Assembly (NCBI GenBank): GCA_963692965.2
Contig: OY843589.2
Span: forward strand, 278,938 to 342,937
From: Pontimonas sp.
Lineage (GTDB): Bacteria > Actinomycetota > Actinomycetes > Actinomycetales > Microbacteriaceae
Direction: 5' to 3'
Length of the DNA: 64,000 bases
Part shown: positions 8,804 to 17,395 of the stretch, piece after piece
Numbering within the stretch: position 1 is the stretch's first letter
Layout of the letters: each line of letters starts with the position of its first letter
Program-made: the position numbers and the translations under genes
Notes under the pieces: model-generated
The model's database searches: none
What the model saw: only the letters and a program-made list of their open reading frames with translations
Told to the model about the DNA's origin: nothing

Positions 8804-9796
8804 TTATCGGGTTCCCGCGTTCACGAGTTCCTGAATCACTCCGACGTTGTCGGGAGTAACAAATCCAGGACCGGTGTACATCGGGAGTCCACCACCGAGT
8901 TCGTGACCATTGATCACGTTCAGGTAGAGAAGAACAACCGCCATGTAGCCCTGTGCGTACTGCTGCTGGTCAATCGCAAATTCGATGTCGCCATCAGCGA
9001 TTGCGTTCAGCGCGTCCTCGGAGAGGTCGACAGTTCCGATAGCAATGTCACGCCCTGCTGCTTCCGCAGCGGGGAGGACAGCCTTGGCTGCGATGTCTGC
9101 GTTCAAGGCAAACACGGCATCAATGTCGCCATCGGCGGCGAGAGCTGCTTCCAGCTTGGTCGATGCGGCTGCCAAGTCCTGCAGACCGCCATCGAGGTTG
9201 AAGTCCTCGACGGTGCCGTTGAAGGTCTCACGAGCTCCGTCGCAACGCTCCTGAAGACCAACGTTTCCGGCCTCCTGGATCGGGCACAGGATCTTCGAGA
9301 CACCGAGGTCGTTAAAGCGCAGACCCGCCTGCTGACCAGCGACAATCTCGTCCTGGCCCACGTGAGTGAATGCACCGAGGTCCTTGAACACTGCAGAACC
9401 AGAGTTAATCGTCACCGTGGGGATACCCGCGTCAGAAACCTGCTGCATAGCAGTTTCGATGGCACCCGGGTCCGGGGCGGATGCGGCGACACCTGAACAT
9501 CCAGCAGCGACAGCTGCTTCGATGGTCGAGGCCTGAAGCGCTGCATCGTTGACAGAGCCTTGGTAGTCGAGGCTGACACCGAGATCCTCGGCGGCTTTCT
9601 CGGCACCCGCTTGAGCAACGGACCAGAAGGTGCCGCCATCGCCGTGGGTGTAGACACAGATCTTGATATCGCTATTTTCACCGGCAGATGCTCCGGCATC
9701 CGACGCGGCGCCGCCTCCGGCACATCCAGCCAAAGTTAGGGCTGCCATGCCGAGAAGAACAGCAAATTTCTTGGTAGACAAATTTGAACCTCTCAT
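8804..9796 (-). CDS. Sugar/cyclitol ABC transporter substrate-binding lipoprotein (type I periplasmic binding fold)
   Basis: Signal peptide with a lipobox (AALTLAGCAGG). The mature part resembles RbsB. First gene of the transporter operon. Confidence 0.85.
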   Translation of the reverse strand: MRGSNLSTKKFAVLLGMAALTLAGCAGGGAASDAGASAGENSDIKICVYTHGDGGTFWSVAQAGAEKAAEDLGVSLDYQGSVNDAALQASTIEAAVAAGCSGVAASAPDPGAIETAMQQVSDAGIPTVTINSGSAVFKDLGAFTHVGQDEIVAGQQAGLRFNDLGVSKILCPIQEAGNVGLQERCDGARETFNGTVEDFNLDGGLQDLAAASTKLEAALAADGDIDAVFALNADIAAKAVLPAAEAAGRDIAIGTVDLSEDALNAIADGDIEFAIDQQQYAQGYMAVVLLYLNVINGHELGGGLPMYTGPGFVTPDNVGVIQELVNAGTR

Positions 9797-9858
9797 CCTT
9801 GAGTTACTTTTTTTATCACCACGGCCCGAAGTGGGCCACGATGAATATAACGTACTCG

Positions 9859-9872
9859 TTTGTCAACACAAA
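9859..9872. promoter_or_regulatory. Palindromic operator candidate TTTGTCAACACAAA
   Basis: It lies in the divergent SBP / ALDH-iolD intergenic region, 63 nt upstream of the SBP start. It has the same TTTGT-N4-ACAAA architecture as the other sites. Confidence 0.45.
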
Positions 9873-10048
9873 TTTGCGCCACGTTGCATCGACTGTTACC
9901 GAAACGCAACGTTTGCTGAGGGGCGTACCAAGAGATCAAACCGGCCAGTTAGGGGCCAAGAAGCGGGTTTTTCGGTACGAGTTATCGCAGGCATCGTGTG
10001 GGCGGAATTGGCCGAGCATTGCGCAATCCCCAGCCACTTGCTCTAGAC

Positions 10049-10062
10049 TTTGTGCGAACAAA
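10049..10062. promoter_or_regulatory. Palindromic operator candidate TTTGTGCGAACAAA (extended palindrome ACTTTGT-GCGA-ACAAAGT)
   Basis: 22 nt upstream of the ALDH GTG at 10084. Its centre is 190 bp from the 9859 site. Confidence 0.45.
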
Positions 10063-10083
10063 GTGGTTTGAGGGGGTGTCACC

Positions 10084-11520
10084 GTGCAACAGTCTGGCCT
10101 TCTCGTTGCGGGTCGCTGGGAAACATCGGAGGGACGCGCTGTCCAAGAAGTTCTGTCTCCGTATTCATCACAGCCCGTGGGCGAAATCGTGATTGCCAGT
10201 CGAGATGATGTTGATCGCTGTCTTGATAGCGCGGTCCTCGCCAGCCACTCGTGGCGGAGAACTCCCGCACACGAGCGGATGCGCATCTTGCTCGAGGCAG
10301 CCAGGATTGCCGACGAAAAGCAAGAAGAGCTCGCACAAACCATTTCTCGCGAAATGGGAAAGAGCATCCGAGAAGCCAGAGGCGAAGCGTCGCGAGCGGG
10401 TGAAATCATTCGACTCTCGGCATTCGAGGGCGCACACCGCTACGGCGAGTCACTTCCGCTTGATGCCAACCTCGGCACGGGCTTCGACAAAACCGGCTAC
10501 ACCATCCCTCAGCCCGTGGGAGTGGTCGTCGCCATCACACCGTTCAACTACCCGTCTTTGCTCGTAGTCCATAAAATCGGTCCAGCGTTGGCGGCGGGCA
10601 ACTCGGTCGTGCTGAAGCCCGCGGCTCAAGCTCCGATGACCGCAGGATTCCTTGCTCAATGTTTCCTCGATGCGGGCCTTCCAGACGGTGTGCTCAACGT
10701 CGTCAACGGGGCCGGGCGGGATATCGGCCCGCAGCTCGTGTCCGATTCACGCGTGAATAAGGTGTCGTTCACCGGTTCCACGACAGTGGGGGAGCAGATC
10801 ACGCGACTGGCTGGCGTCAAAAAACTCTCCCTGGAATTAGGGGCGTCGTCACCAGTCATCGTCACACGGTCAGCGGATATGGAACAGACCGCCCACGCGG
10901 TTGCGCTCGGCGGGTATATCAACGCCGGACAAGTGTGTATCTCCGTGCAAAGGGTGATCGTCGAATCCGAGGTGGAACAGGAATTCCTGGACGCGCTGAC
11001 GCCAAAAGTCCAAGCCATTACCGTCGGCGACCCCTCCCTCGACGACACCATGGTGGGCACTCTGATTTCCGAGTCGGACGCGGCCAGAGTCCAGGCGGCA
11101 ATCAATCACGCTGTCTCAGATGGCGCTGAATTGGTGACCGGTGGGCAGAGAGACCGAGCGATGGTGAGCCCCGCGATTGTGCGAAACGTCCCAGGCGACC
11201 ACTCCTTTGCGCAGGATGAACTCTTTGGGCCCGCCGTATCCGTCACCACAGCGACCGACTTTGACCACGCTATTGAGCTCGCCAATTCGACCCGATACGG
11301 CCTCGGCGCCGGCGTATTCACCCACGATCTCGACACGTCGATACGGGCCACAGGGGAGATCGACGCCGGCATCGTTCACATCAACTGGACACCTCTCTGG
11401 CGGGCAGATCTCATGCCCTACGGTGGCCTGAAAGATTCCGGCATCGGAAAAGAAGGAGTTCGCACGGCGGTTAACGAAATGACGGACTGGAAGACCGTCA
11501 TCCTGCATTCGCGGGTCTAG
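10084..11520 (+). CDS. NAD(P)-dependent aldehyde dehydrogenase family protein
   Basis: 478 aa. The ALDH superfamily motifs are LELGASSP (Glu region) and NAGQVCISVQR (catalytic Cys). GTG start with a GAGGGGG SD. Confidence 0.85.
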   Translation: MQQSGLLVAGRWETSEGRAVQEVLSPYSSQPVGEIVIASRDDVDRCLDSAVLASHSWRRTPAHERMRILLEAARIADEKQEELAQTISREMGKSIREARGEASRAGEIIRLSAFEGAHRYGESLPLDANLGTGFDKTGYTIPQPVGVVVAITPFNYPSLLVVHKIGPALAAGNSVVLKPAAQAPMTAGFLAQCFLDAGLPDGVLNVVNGAGRDIGPQLVSDSRVNKVSFTGSTTVGEQITRLAGVKKLSLELGASSPVIVTRSADMEQTAHAVALGGYINAGQVCISVQRVIVESEVEQEFLDALTPKVQAITVGDPSLDDTMVGTLISESDAARVQAAINHAVSDGAELVTGGQRDRAMVSPAIVRNVPGDHSFAQDELFGPAVSVTTATDFDHAIELANSTRYGLGAGVFTHDLDTSIRATGEIDAGIVHINWTPLWRADLMPYGGLKDSGIGKEGVRTAVNEMTDWKTVILHSRV

Positions 11521-11540
11521 ATGGTGGAAGGAAACAACTC

Positions 11541-13505
11541 ATGGCAATAAACCACAATGCAATGCGCGGCCGCTCGGGCGAAACCGTCCGCCTCACCGTT
11601 GCCCAGGCGATTGTTCGCTATATCGCCAATCAATACTCGGTGGCGGACGGAACTCGACAACGTTTTGTTCCTGCGGCACTGGGAATTTTCGGTCACGGAA
11701 ACGTCGCCGGTCTCGGTCAAGCCCTCCACCAATTCAGTGAGGAGCTTCCTTTCGTACAGGGTCGAAACGAACAAGGACTGACTCACGCAGCGATTGGGTT
11801 CGCGAAAGCCCGCAAACGTCGCCAAACCCTCGCGGTGACCGCATCGATCGGCCCCGGAGCGATGAATACTGTCACCGCAGCGGCGCTCGCCACCGTGAGC
11901 AGGTTGCCGGTGCTCCTGCTTCCAGGGGACATTTACGCGACGAGGCATCAAGGACCTGTGCTTCAGCAGTTGGAACATCCCATGGGCCCCGATGTGTCGG
12001 TCAACGACGCGTTTCGACCGATCTCTCGGTTCTTCGACCGAATTAGTCGACCCGAACAGATTCTGACGTCGTTGCCTCAGGCGTTTCGAGTCCTCGCTAA
12101 TCCGGCCGAAACCGGTGCTGTCGTCGTCTCACTCCCACAGGACGTGCAATCGCATGCCTACGACTATCCGGTCGAATTCTTTGAACCCCATGATTGGGTT
12201 ATCCGCCGGCCGCAGCCCGACGCCGCGGAAATCGAGTCTCTCGCTGAGCTGGTGAGGCAGGCACAAAAGCCTCTCCTGGTTGCCGGTGGGGGAATTCACT
12301 ATTCCGACGCCACCCCAGAGCTCGAAGCTCTGGCCGACAACATTGGAATTCCCGTCGCCGAAACCTTCGGCGGCAAGGGAGCCATCCAAAATTCCGGCCC
12401 ATGGCACGTGTGGGGCCTTGGTCTCGAGGGAGCTCCACACACGACAGAGTTGGCCGCGGAAGCTGATCTCATCGTCCACGTCGGCACCCGACTGACCGAT
12501 TTTGCTACTGGTTCACAATCGATGTTCCAGAACCCCGAGGTTCGCTTCGGCTCGATCAACGTGACCGAGTTCGATGGCATTAAGCAAGGCGCCACCGCCG
12601 TCGTTGCCGACGCGAAGGTGGGGCTTCGTGCTCTGAGCGATGCCCTAACCGGACACTCCGTGCCGGCTGCGTGGACAGAGCGGGTCGCGCAGGCGAAACA
12701 GGAGTGGGAGGTGGCGCGCGCAGCGGCCATAAACCCCGACGTGGCCTTCGACAAGTCGACTCTCGACTCGGAAGACACCGACGCGGTACTCACCCAGGGC
12801 CAGCTCATCGGTCTTCTGCAGGAGCACGCGCAATCCGGGGACACCATTGTTGCGGCGGCTGGGGGCCCTCCCGGAGACCTGCAAAAGGTGTGGGACGCGA
12901 CGGGTGGTCGTCACTGCCATCTGGAATTCGGTTTTTCGTGTATGGGATACGAAATTCCGGCGGGAATCGGCGTGCGGTGGGCGACCCCGGACACGTCGCA
13001 TCGAGTCATCAGTTTTGTGGGTGATGGAACCTTCCTCATGGCTCCCTCGGAGCTGCTCACTGCCGCTCAAGAGCATCTGCCCATGACTGTTGTGGTCAGC
13101 GAGAATCACGGTTATCAGGTGATTAGACGCCTTCAGATGTGGAGAAGCGGCGCACACTACGGAAACGAATTCCGTTACCGCGAGGGAGACAACATGGCCA
13201 CTGAATCGGGGGCGAAGACTCTCGAAGGCGGGTATCTCGACGTGGATATCGTGAAAATCGCGGAGGGGCTCGGTGCAAAAGCGCTCCGTGCGGTGACTCC
13301 GGATGAGGTTCGGTACGCGCTCTCGTCCACCCGCAACGAATTGGAGCCTGTCGTCATCGTGGTGCCCACCATCCAGCACGCCAACCTCCCGGGCTCAAAC
13401 GTCTGGTGGGATGTGGCTCCAGCAGAAGTGTTCGAGCAGCCCTGGATAGAAGATCGGCGAGTCGAATTCGAAGACGGTCAGAAGCACCAGGTATGGCACG
13501 GCTAG
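11541..13505 (+). CDS. iolD: 3D-(3,5/4)-trihydroxycyclohexane-1,2-dione acylhydrolase (ThDP enzyme)
   Basis: 654 aa with the acetolactate-synthase-like three-domain layout. The ThDP motif is VGDGTFLMAPSEL...VVSENHGY. It sits in iol context. Confidence 0.85.
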   Translation: MAINHNAMRGRSGETVRLTVAQAIVRYIANQYSVADGTRQRFVPAALGIFGHGNVAGLGQALHQFSEELPFVQGRNEQGLTHAAIGFAKARKRRQTLAVTASIGPGAMNTVTAAALATVSRLPVLLLPGDIYATRHQGPVLQQLEHPMGPDVSVNDAFRPISRFFDRISRPEQILTSLPQAFRVLANPAETGAVVVSLPQDVQSHAYDYPVEFFEPHDWVIRRPQPDAAEIESLAELVRQAQKPLLVAGGGIHYSDATPELEALADNIGIPVAETFGGKGAIQNSGPWHVWGLGLEGAPHTTELAAEADLIVHVGTRLTDFATGSQSMFQNPEVRFGSINVTEFDGIKQGATAVVADAKVGLRALSDALTGHSVPAAWTERVAQAKQEWEVARAAAINPDVAFDKSTLDSEDTDAVLTQGQLIGLLQEHAQSGDTIVAAAGGPPGDLQKVWDATGGRHCHLEFGFSCMGYEIPAGIGVRWATPDTSHRVISFVGDGTFLMAPSELLTAAQEHLPMTVVVSENHGYQVIRRLQMWRSGAHYGNEFRYREGDNMATESGAKTLEGGYLDVDIVKIAEGLGAKALRAVTPDEVRYALSSTRNELEPVVIVVPTIQHANLPGSNVWWDVAPAEVFEQPWIEDRRVEFEDGQKHQVWHG

Positions 13506-14284
13506 GACCACCGACGGGTGATGATCTCCGTCTCCGCCTGTCAGCGGACGGGTGTTCTCTGGGCACATTCTTGGGCCTGCAAACGCCTGCCGCTGCGGAG
13601 GTGGCGGGACTTGCTGGCTTGGAGTGGGTTGTATTGGATTTGGAGCACGGCGGAGTCACCGCCGCGGATGTGGGACCGACGGTGGTGGCGGCCGCTGCGT
13701 ATGACGTGGCGGTTATTGTGCGCGTGCCGCGCGCTGACCGGGCGATGATTGGGTGGGTCGCTGACCAGGGTGTCGCGGGGATTATGGTCCCGCGAATTGA
13801 ATCTGTCGCCGAGGCAAATCACGTCGCAGGGTTTTTTTCCTACCCGCCTGAGGGCGAGCGCGGGGTGGCAAGTTACACCAGAGCCGCCGGATGGGGCCAA
13901 AGAACCGTGACTGACCTGCCCCGGCCGGTCTACATGCCCCAGGTGGAAACACCTGGTGCCTTGGCTGATGTTGAGGCCATTGCCGAACTTCAGGAAGTCG
14001 ACGCCCTGTTCATTGGACCGCTCGATCTGAGTTTTGCGCTTGGTGTGCCCGCAAATCTGACCGATGACGGTTTCCTCCACGCCTTCCACGGCATCATCCA
14101 GGCCGGCCGGAAACACGGGACGCCGGTGGGCTCTATTGCCCCCTCCAATGAACGGGCTGTGGCAATGGTCTCTGATGGGGTGGATTTTCTGGCGTTGGGC
14201 TCCGATGGACTGTGGCTGCGTCAGAGTCTGACGGAGTCTGCAGAGGCGCTTCGAACACAATCGCCGAAGAACGAGCGCTCCTAA
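13493..14284 (+). CDS. HpcH/HpaI-family class II (2-keto-3-deoxy acid) aldolase
   Basis: Motifs LDLEHG, YPPEGERG and FIGPLDLS. ATG 13493 overlaps the iolD stop by 13 nt. The track start at 13406 lies inside iolD. Confidence 0.8.
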   Translation: MARLGPPTGDDLRLRLSADGCSLGTFLGLQTPAAAEVAGLAGLEWVVLDLEHGGVTAADVGPTVVAAAAYDVAVIVRVPRADRAMIGWVADQGVAGIMVPRIESVAEANHVAGFFSYPPEGERGVASYTRAAGWGQRTVTDLPRPVYMPQVETPGALADVEAIAELQEVDALFIGPLDLSFALGVPANLTDDGFLHAFHGIIQAGRKHGTPVGSIAPSNERAVAMVSDGVDFLALGSDGLWLRQSLTESAEALRTQSPKNERS

Positions 14285-14360
14285 TGCTCAGAGTGCGCTT
14301 CCGTGTCACCAGTTCGAGGCGGACTCGTTCTCGGCTTCTCCATTTGCGGGAGGGGTTAAC

Positions 14361-15290
14361 GTGAAGTCCCACCTGGTCGTTGGGCTGGGGGCAGTTCCTG
14401 TAGACCCCGTGCAAAACGTGCTCGGCGATGTTGCGGATTTTGTGGACTCTCCGTCTGACGAGGACCTACAGGCGGCATTCGGCGCGATTGTTCGGGCGGA
14501 TGTCGATGTTGATGCGGAGCTATTGGATGCGATGCCCGCTCTGAAAGTTTTGGCCCGCACCGGAGTGGGAACAGAAAGGGTTGATCTCGAGGAGGCAGGC
14601 CGCAGGGGTATCTCCGTGGCTATTACTCCCGGGTCAAATACGGAGGCCGTGGCAGAGGGGGCTTTTTCCCACCTCCTCGCACTCACAAAATCTCTGCGTC
14701 CGCTCACCTCGCTCGTCGCGGAGGGGCGATGGTCCGAGCGCGGTGACCACCCGGTGGGCGATTTACTGGGCGGTACTCTCGCCGTCCTGGGCTACGGCCG
14801 GATTGGCTCCCGAGTGGGTCAGCTGGCCCACGCATTTGGCATGCGGGTGGTGGCCTTTGATCCGTTTGTCCGAGTCGAGGGCGTCGAACAGGCTGCGACC
14901 ATCGAGGAGGCAGTGGCAGAAGCGAGTCATATTTCTATTCACCTCCCTTCCACACCTGAGACCACGGGGTTGATTGGAGCGTCGTTCATGTCACGGCTTC
15001 GACGAGGCGCAATCCTGGTGAACCTGGCTCGGGGGGATATTGCCGATAACGACGCGCTCCTTTCTGGATTACAGTCTGGTCAACTGGCCGGGGTGGGACT
15101 GGATGTTTTCCCCGACGAACCGCCTCGCCACCACCCGCTGTTTGACCACCCCCGTGTCGTGTTGACCCCGCATGTGATGGGGCTTAGTGAACAGAGTGCG
15201 AAGCGAACGTTTCAGATGGCGGCTGAGGCTGTCCTGGCCGTCGTGCGAGGCGAACAACCCCTGGCGGTCGCCACCGCCCCGAATGTGTAA
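14361..15290 (+). CDS. D-isomer-specific 2-hydroxyacid dehydrogenase (PGDH/hydroxypyruvate reductase-like)
   Basis: NAD motif LGYGRIGSRVG. The catalytic region is NLARGDI...LTPHVMG. GTG start with a GGGAGGGG SD. Confidence 0.8.
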   Translation: MKSHLVVGLGAVPVDPVQNVLGDVADFVDSPSDEDLQAAFGAIVRADVDVDAELLDAMPALKVLARTGVGTERVDLEEAGRRGISVAITPGSNTEAVAEGAFSHLLALTKSLRPLTSLVAEGRWSERGDHPVGDLLGGTLAVLGYGRIGSRVGQLAHAFGMRVVAFDPFVRVEGVEQAATIEEAVAEASHISIHLPSTPETTGLIGASFMSRLRRGAILVNLARGDIADNDALLSGLQSGQLAGVGLDVFPDEPPRHHPLFDHPRVVLTPHVMGLSEQSAKRTFQMAAEAVLAVVRGEQPLAVATAPNV

Positions 15291-15300
15291 AGGAGAACAC

Positions 15301-16188
15301 ATGTCTGCTGTCCGAATCGCTGGAGCCCCCATCTCATGGGGCGTGTGTGAAGTTCCCGGCTGGGGTCACCAGATGGAGGCCGATCGTGTGCTTGACGAAA
15401 TGGCGTCTCTTGGACTCGAGGCCACAGAGTTTGGGCCGTTGGGTTTTCTGCCGGAAGATCCAGATGGTCGAAGCGAGGTCCTTGCTCGTCACAATATGAC
15501 TGCTGTGGGCGGTTTCGTGCCGATCGTCGTCCATGACGAGGACCATGATCCCCTGCCGGCTATTGAACGCGAGCTCGATGCGTTTGTCGCCTCTCACGCC
15601 GAGGTGATGGTTCTCGCGGCGGAAACCGGTCAGGCTGGCTATGACGCGCCCCGGCCGGACATGACTGAGCAGCGTTGGCAAACGCTCGCCCACAACCTCA
15701 CCCGCATTGCCGAGCGTGCGAAAGAGCGTGGTGTGCGAGCCGTGATCCACCCCCACGCCGGCACAATGGTGGAAACCCTCGACGATGTCAATGAGGTGTT
15801 GACCCGGACCGATATGGACTTTTGCATCGATACCGGCCACATGTGGATTGGCGGCACTGATCCGGTCTGGTTCGCAAAAACACATGGTGACCGTGTCGGC
15901 CACGTGCACTTCAAAGACGTTGATTTATCCGTTGCCAAGAGAGTTCAAGACGGAGACATTACCTACTACGAAGGTGTGACCGAGGGGCTTTACACGCCTC
16001 TTGGCCAGGGGGATGTGGACGTGAGAGAGATCACCGAAACGTTGATTCGACAAAACTACACAGGGTGGTTTGTGTTGGAACAAGACCTGGTCATGCGAGA
16101 AGACCCCCAAATCGGCGATGGCCCGGTACGAGACGCCCGGGAGAGTGTCAGTTTTCTCCAGGAAGTTGCTCGGGAAGCCGCCGGGTAA
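15301..16188 (+). CDS. iolE: myo-inosose-2 dehydratase (xylose-isomerase-like TIM barrel)
   Basis: ATG 15301 with an AAAGGAGAA SD. The N-terminus is MSAVRIAGAPISWGVCE..., about 295 aa. Sugar-phosphate isomerase/epimerase fold in iol context. The track start at 15187 is an extension into the upstream gene. Confidence 0.7.
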   Translation: MSAVRIAGAPISWGVCEVPGWGHQMEADRVLDEMASLGLEATEFGPLGFLPEDPDGRSEVLARHNMTAVGGFVPIVVHDEDHDPLPAIERELDAFVASHAEVMVLAAETGQAGYDAPRPDMTEQRWQTLAHNLTRIAERAKERGVRAVIHPHAGTMVETLDDVNEVLTRTDMDFCIDTGHMWIGGTDPVWFAKTHGDRVGHVHFKDVDLSVAKRVQDGDITYYEGVTEGLYTPLGQGDVDVREITETLIRQNYTGWFVLEQDLVMREDPQIGDGPVRDARESVSFLQEVAREAAG

Positions 16189-16218
16189 GGCGATTTCACA
16201 ACACGAGGTAGTACTCGT

Positions 16219-16980
16219 CTATTTGTTCACAACCGTGAACTCGAGTGCATATACATCGGGCCGGTAAATGTGTTCACCGTGTTCGATGGCGTGTCCCATT
16301 GAGTCGTAGGCTGTCCGTTCCATTGCCAGAACAGCCGCCCCGGATTCGATGCCGAGGGCCAGAGACTCAGCTTGCGTTACCCGTCGCGCAGACATTTTTT
16401 GCTTACCCACCTGGGGGATAAGTCCCTGATCGCGAAGAATTTGGTAGAGGCCTCGCTCCTCAAACTCTGATTTCTGGATTATTCCCGAGGCTTCGGGGAT
16501 CCAGTTATGAAGAATCGCCACGGGTACGCCGTCTGCTGTTCGCAGACGCAACACCTCGAGAACGGGCTCTCCGGGGGTGATGCCGAGGTGTCCGGCAATA
16601 GCTGCGTTGGCCGGCTGGGTTTCGTAACGAAGCACTGAGGTCTTGGGTGCACTTCCTAGCTGGCTCAGGTCGTCAAAAAGGGAGGTGAGTTCGAGGCCAC
16701 GAGTGACTTGTCCGTGGACCACCTGGCTTCCAATTCCCCGTCGCCGCACAACAAGGCCGCCGTCAACAAGGGATTGGATAGCGCGTCTGATTGTCGGACG
16801 CGACAGCTTCAGTCGCTCGGCGAGCGATACTTCGTTTTCGATGCGGGAGCCCGGAGGAAGGGTCCCTTCACGAATGGCCACCTCGAGCTTTTGTGCCACC
16901 TGCTTATACAGCGGCAGACCGCTGACCCGGTCAAGGTCAGCAAACAGCGACTGAGGAAGGAGGACTTCTGTTTTCCGCAC
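16219..16980 (-). CDS. GntR-family (HutC subfamily, UTRA domain) transcriptional regulator; probable inositol-cluster repressor
   Basis: The wHTH is EVSLAERLKLSRPTIRRAIQSLVDGGLVVRR, followed by a UTRA-like C-terminal half. Start set to GTG 16980; the first 42 codons of the track ORF cover the operator cluster and look non-coding. Confidence 0.75.
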   Translation of the reverse strand: MRKTEVLLPQSLFADLDRVSGLPLYKQVAQKLEVAIREGTLPPGSRIENEVSLAERLKLSRPTIRRAIQSLVDGGLVVRRRGIGSQVVHGQVTRGLELTSLFDDLSQLGSAPKTSVLRYETQPANAAIAGHLGITPGEPVLEVLRLRTADGVPVAILHNWIPEASGIIQKSEFEERGLYQILRDQGLIPQVGKQKMSARRVTQAESLALGIESGAAVLAMERTAYDSMGHAIEHGEHIYRPDVYALEFTVVNK

Positions 16981-16981
16981 G

Positions 16982-17026
16982 GGCCACCTAACAAAGTTCG
17001 ACTTTGCCCATATGTTAGGCCAAAGT
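16982..17026. promoter_or_regulatory. Cluster of operator-like motifs upstream of the GntR gene (autoregulation candidate)
   Basis: Three elements lie directly upstream of GTG 16980 and 85 nt upstream of the divergent Dabb gene: CTTTGTTAGG on the minus strand (16987-16996), the palindrome CAAAGTTCGACTTTG (16992-17006), and TATGTTAGGCCAAAGT (17011-17026), which matches TTTGTTAGGACAAAGT at 14 of 16 positions. Confidence 0.5.
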
Positions 17027-17110
17027 GGCCAGTGGATTCTCGCCTCGGGCGTCTGGTGCGAGAGAGTAGAGATAGAGGAAATCCCTCTGGGAAGGTATGT
17101 GTACACCTAA

Positions 17111-17395
17111 GTGATCAGACGAATTGTGATGTTTTCCCCGTTGGAGAGCGCGTCAGCTGAAGAGTTTGAGGCGGCTGTGCGCCGGCTGGAGGGTCTGGAC
17201 CAGCAGCTAGAGGAAATCTCTGGCTGGGAGCTCAGTATCGACATGGATGCAGAGACCGAGTGGAAAGCAGGTGTCGTCGCGACGTTTGTCGATGAAGACA
17301 CCATGGAGCGCTATGTGGTGCATCCCGTGCACGCCGAAATCGCCCAGGGAATCGGCAAAGTGGCGAAAATCGCCCGATTTGCCGCGCAGATTTAG
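17111..17395 (+). CDS. Dabb (stress-responsive alpha/beta barrel) domain protein
   Basis: 94 aa. The pattern VIRRIVMFS...[10 protein letters not shown] fits the Dabb family. GTG start. Confidence 0.65.
   Translation: MIRRIVMFSPLESASAEEFEAAVRRLEGLDQQLEEISGWELSIDMDAETEWKAGVVATFVDEDTMERYVVHPVHAEIAQGIGKVAKIARFAAQI

Noticed and set aside
9881-9912. Inverted repeat ACGTTGC-N18-GCAACGT and an AACGTT core in the transporter/ALDH intergenic region, considered as a LacI-type operator for the truncated regulator at 1-321.
   Set aside because: There is only one copy, with 7-bp arms and a long spacer. It has no resemblance to a full 14-16-bp LacI-family palindrome, so it cannot be separated from chance.
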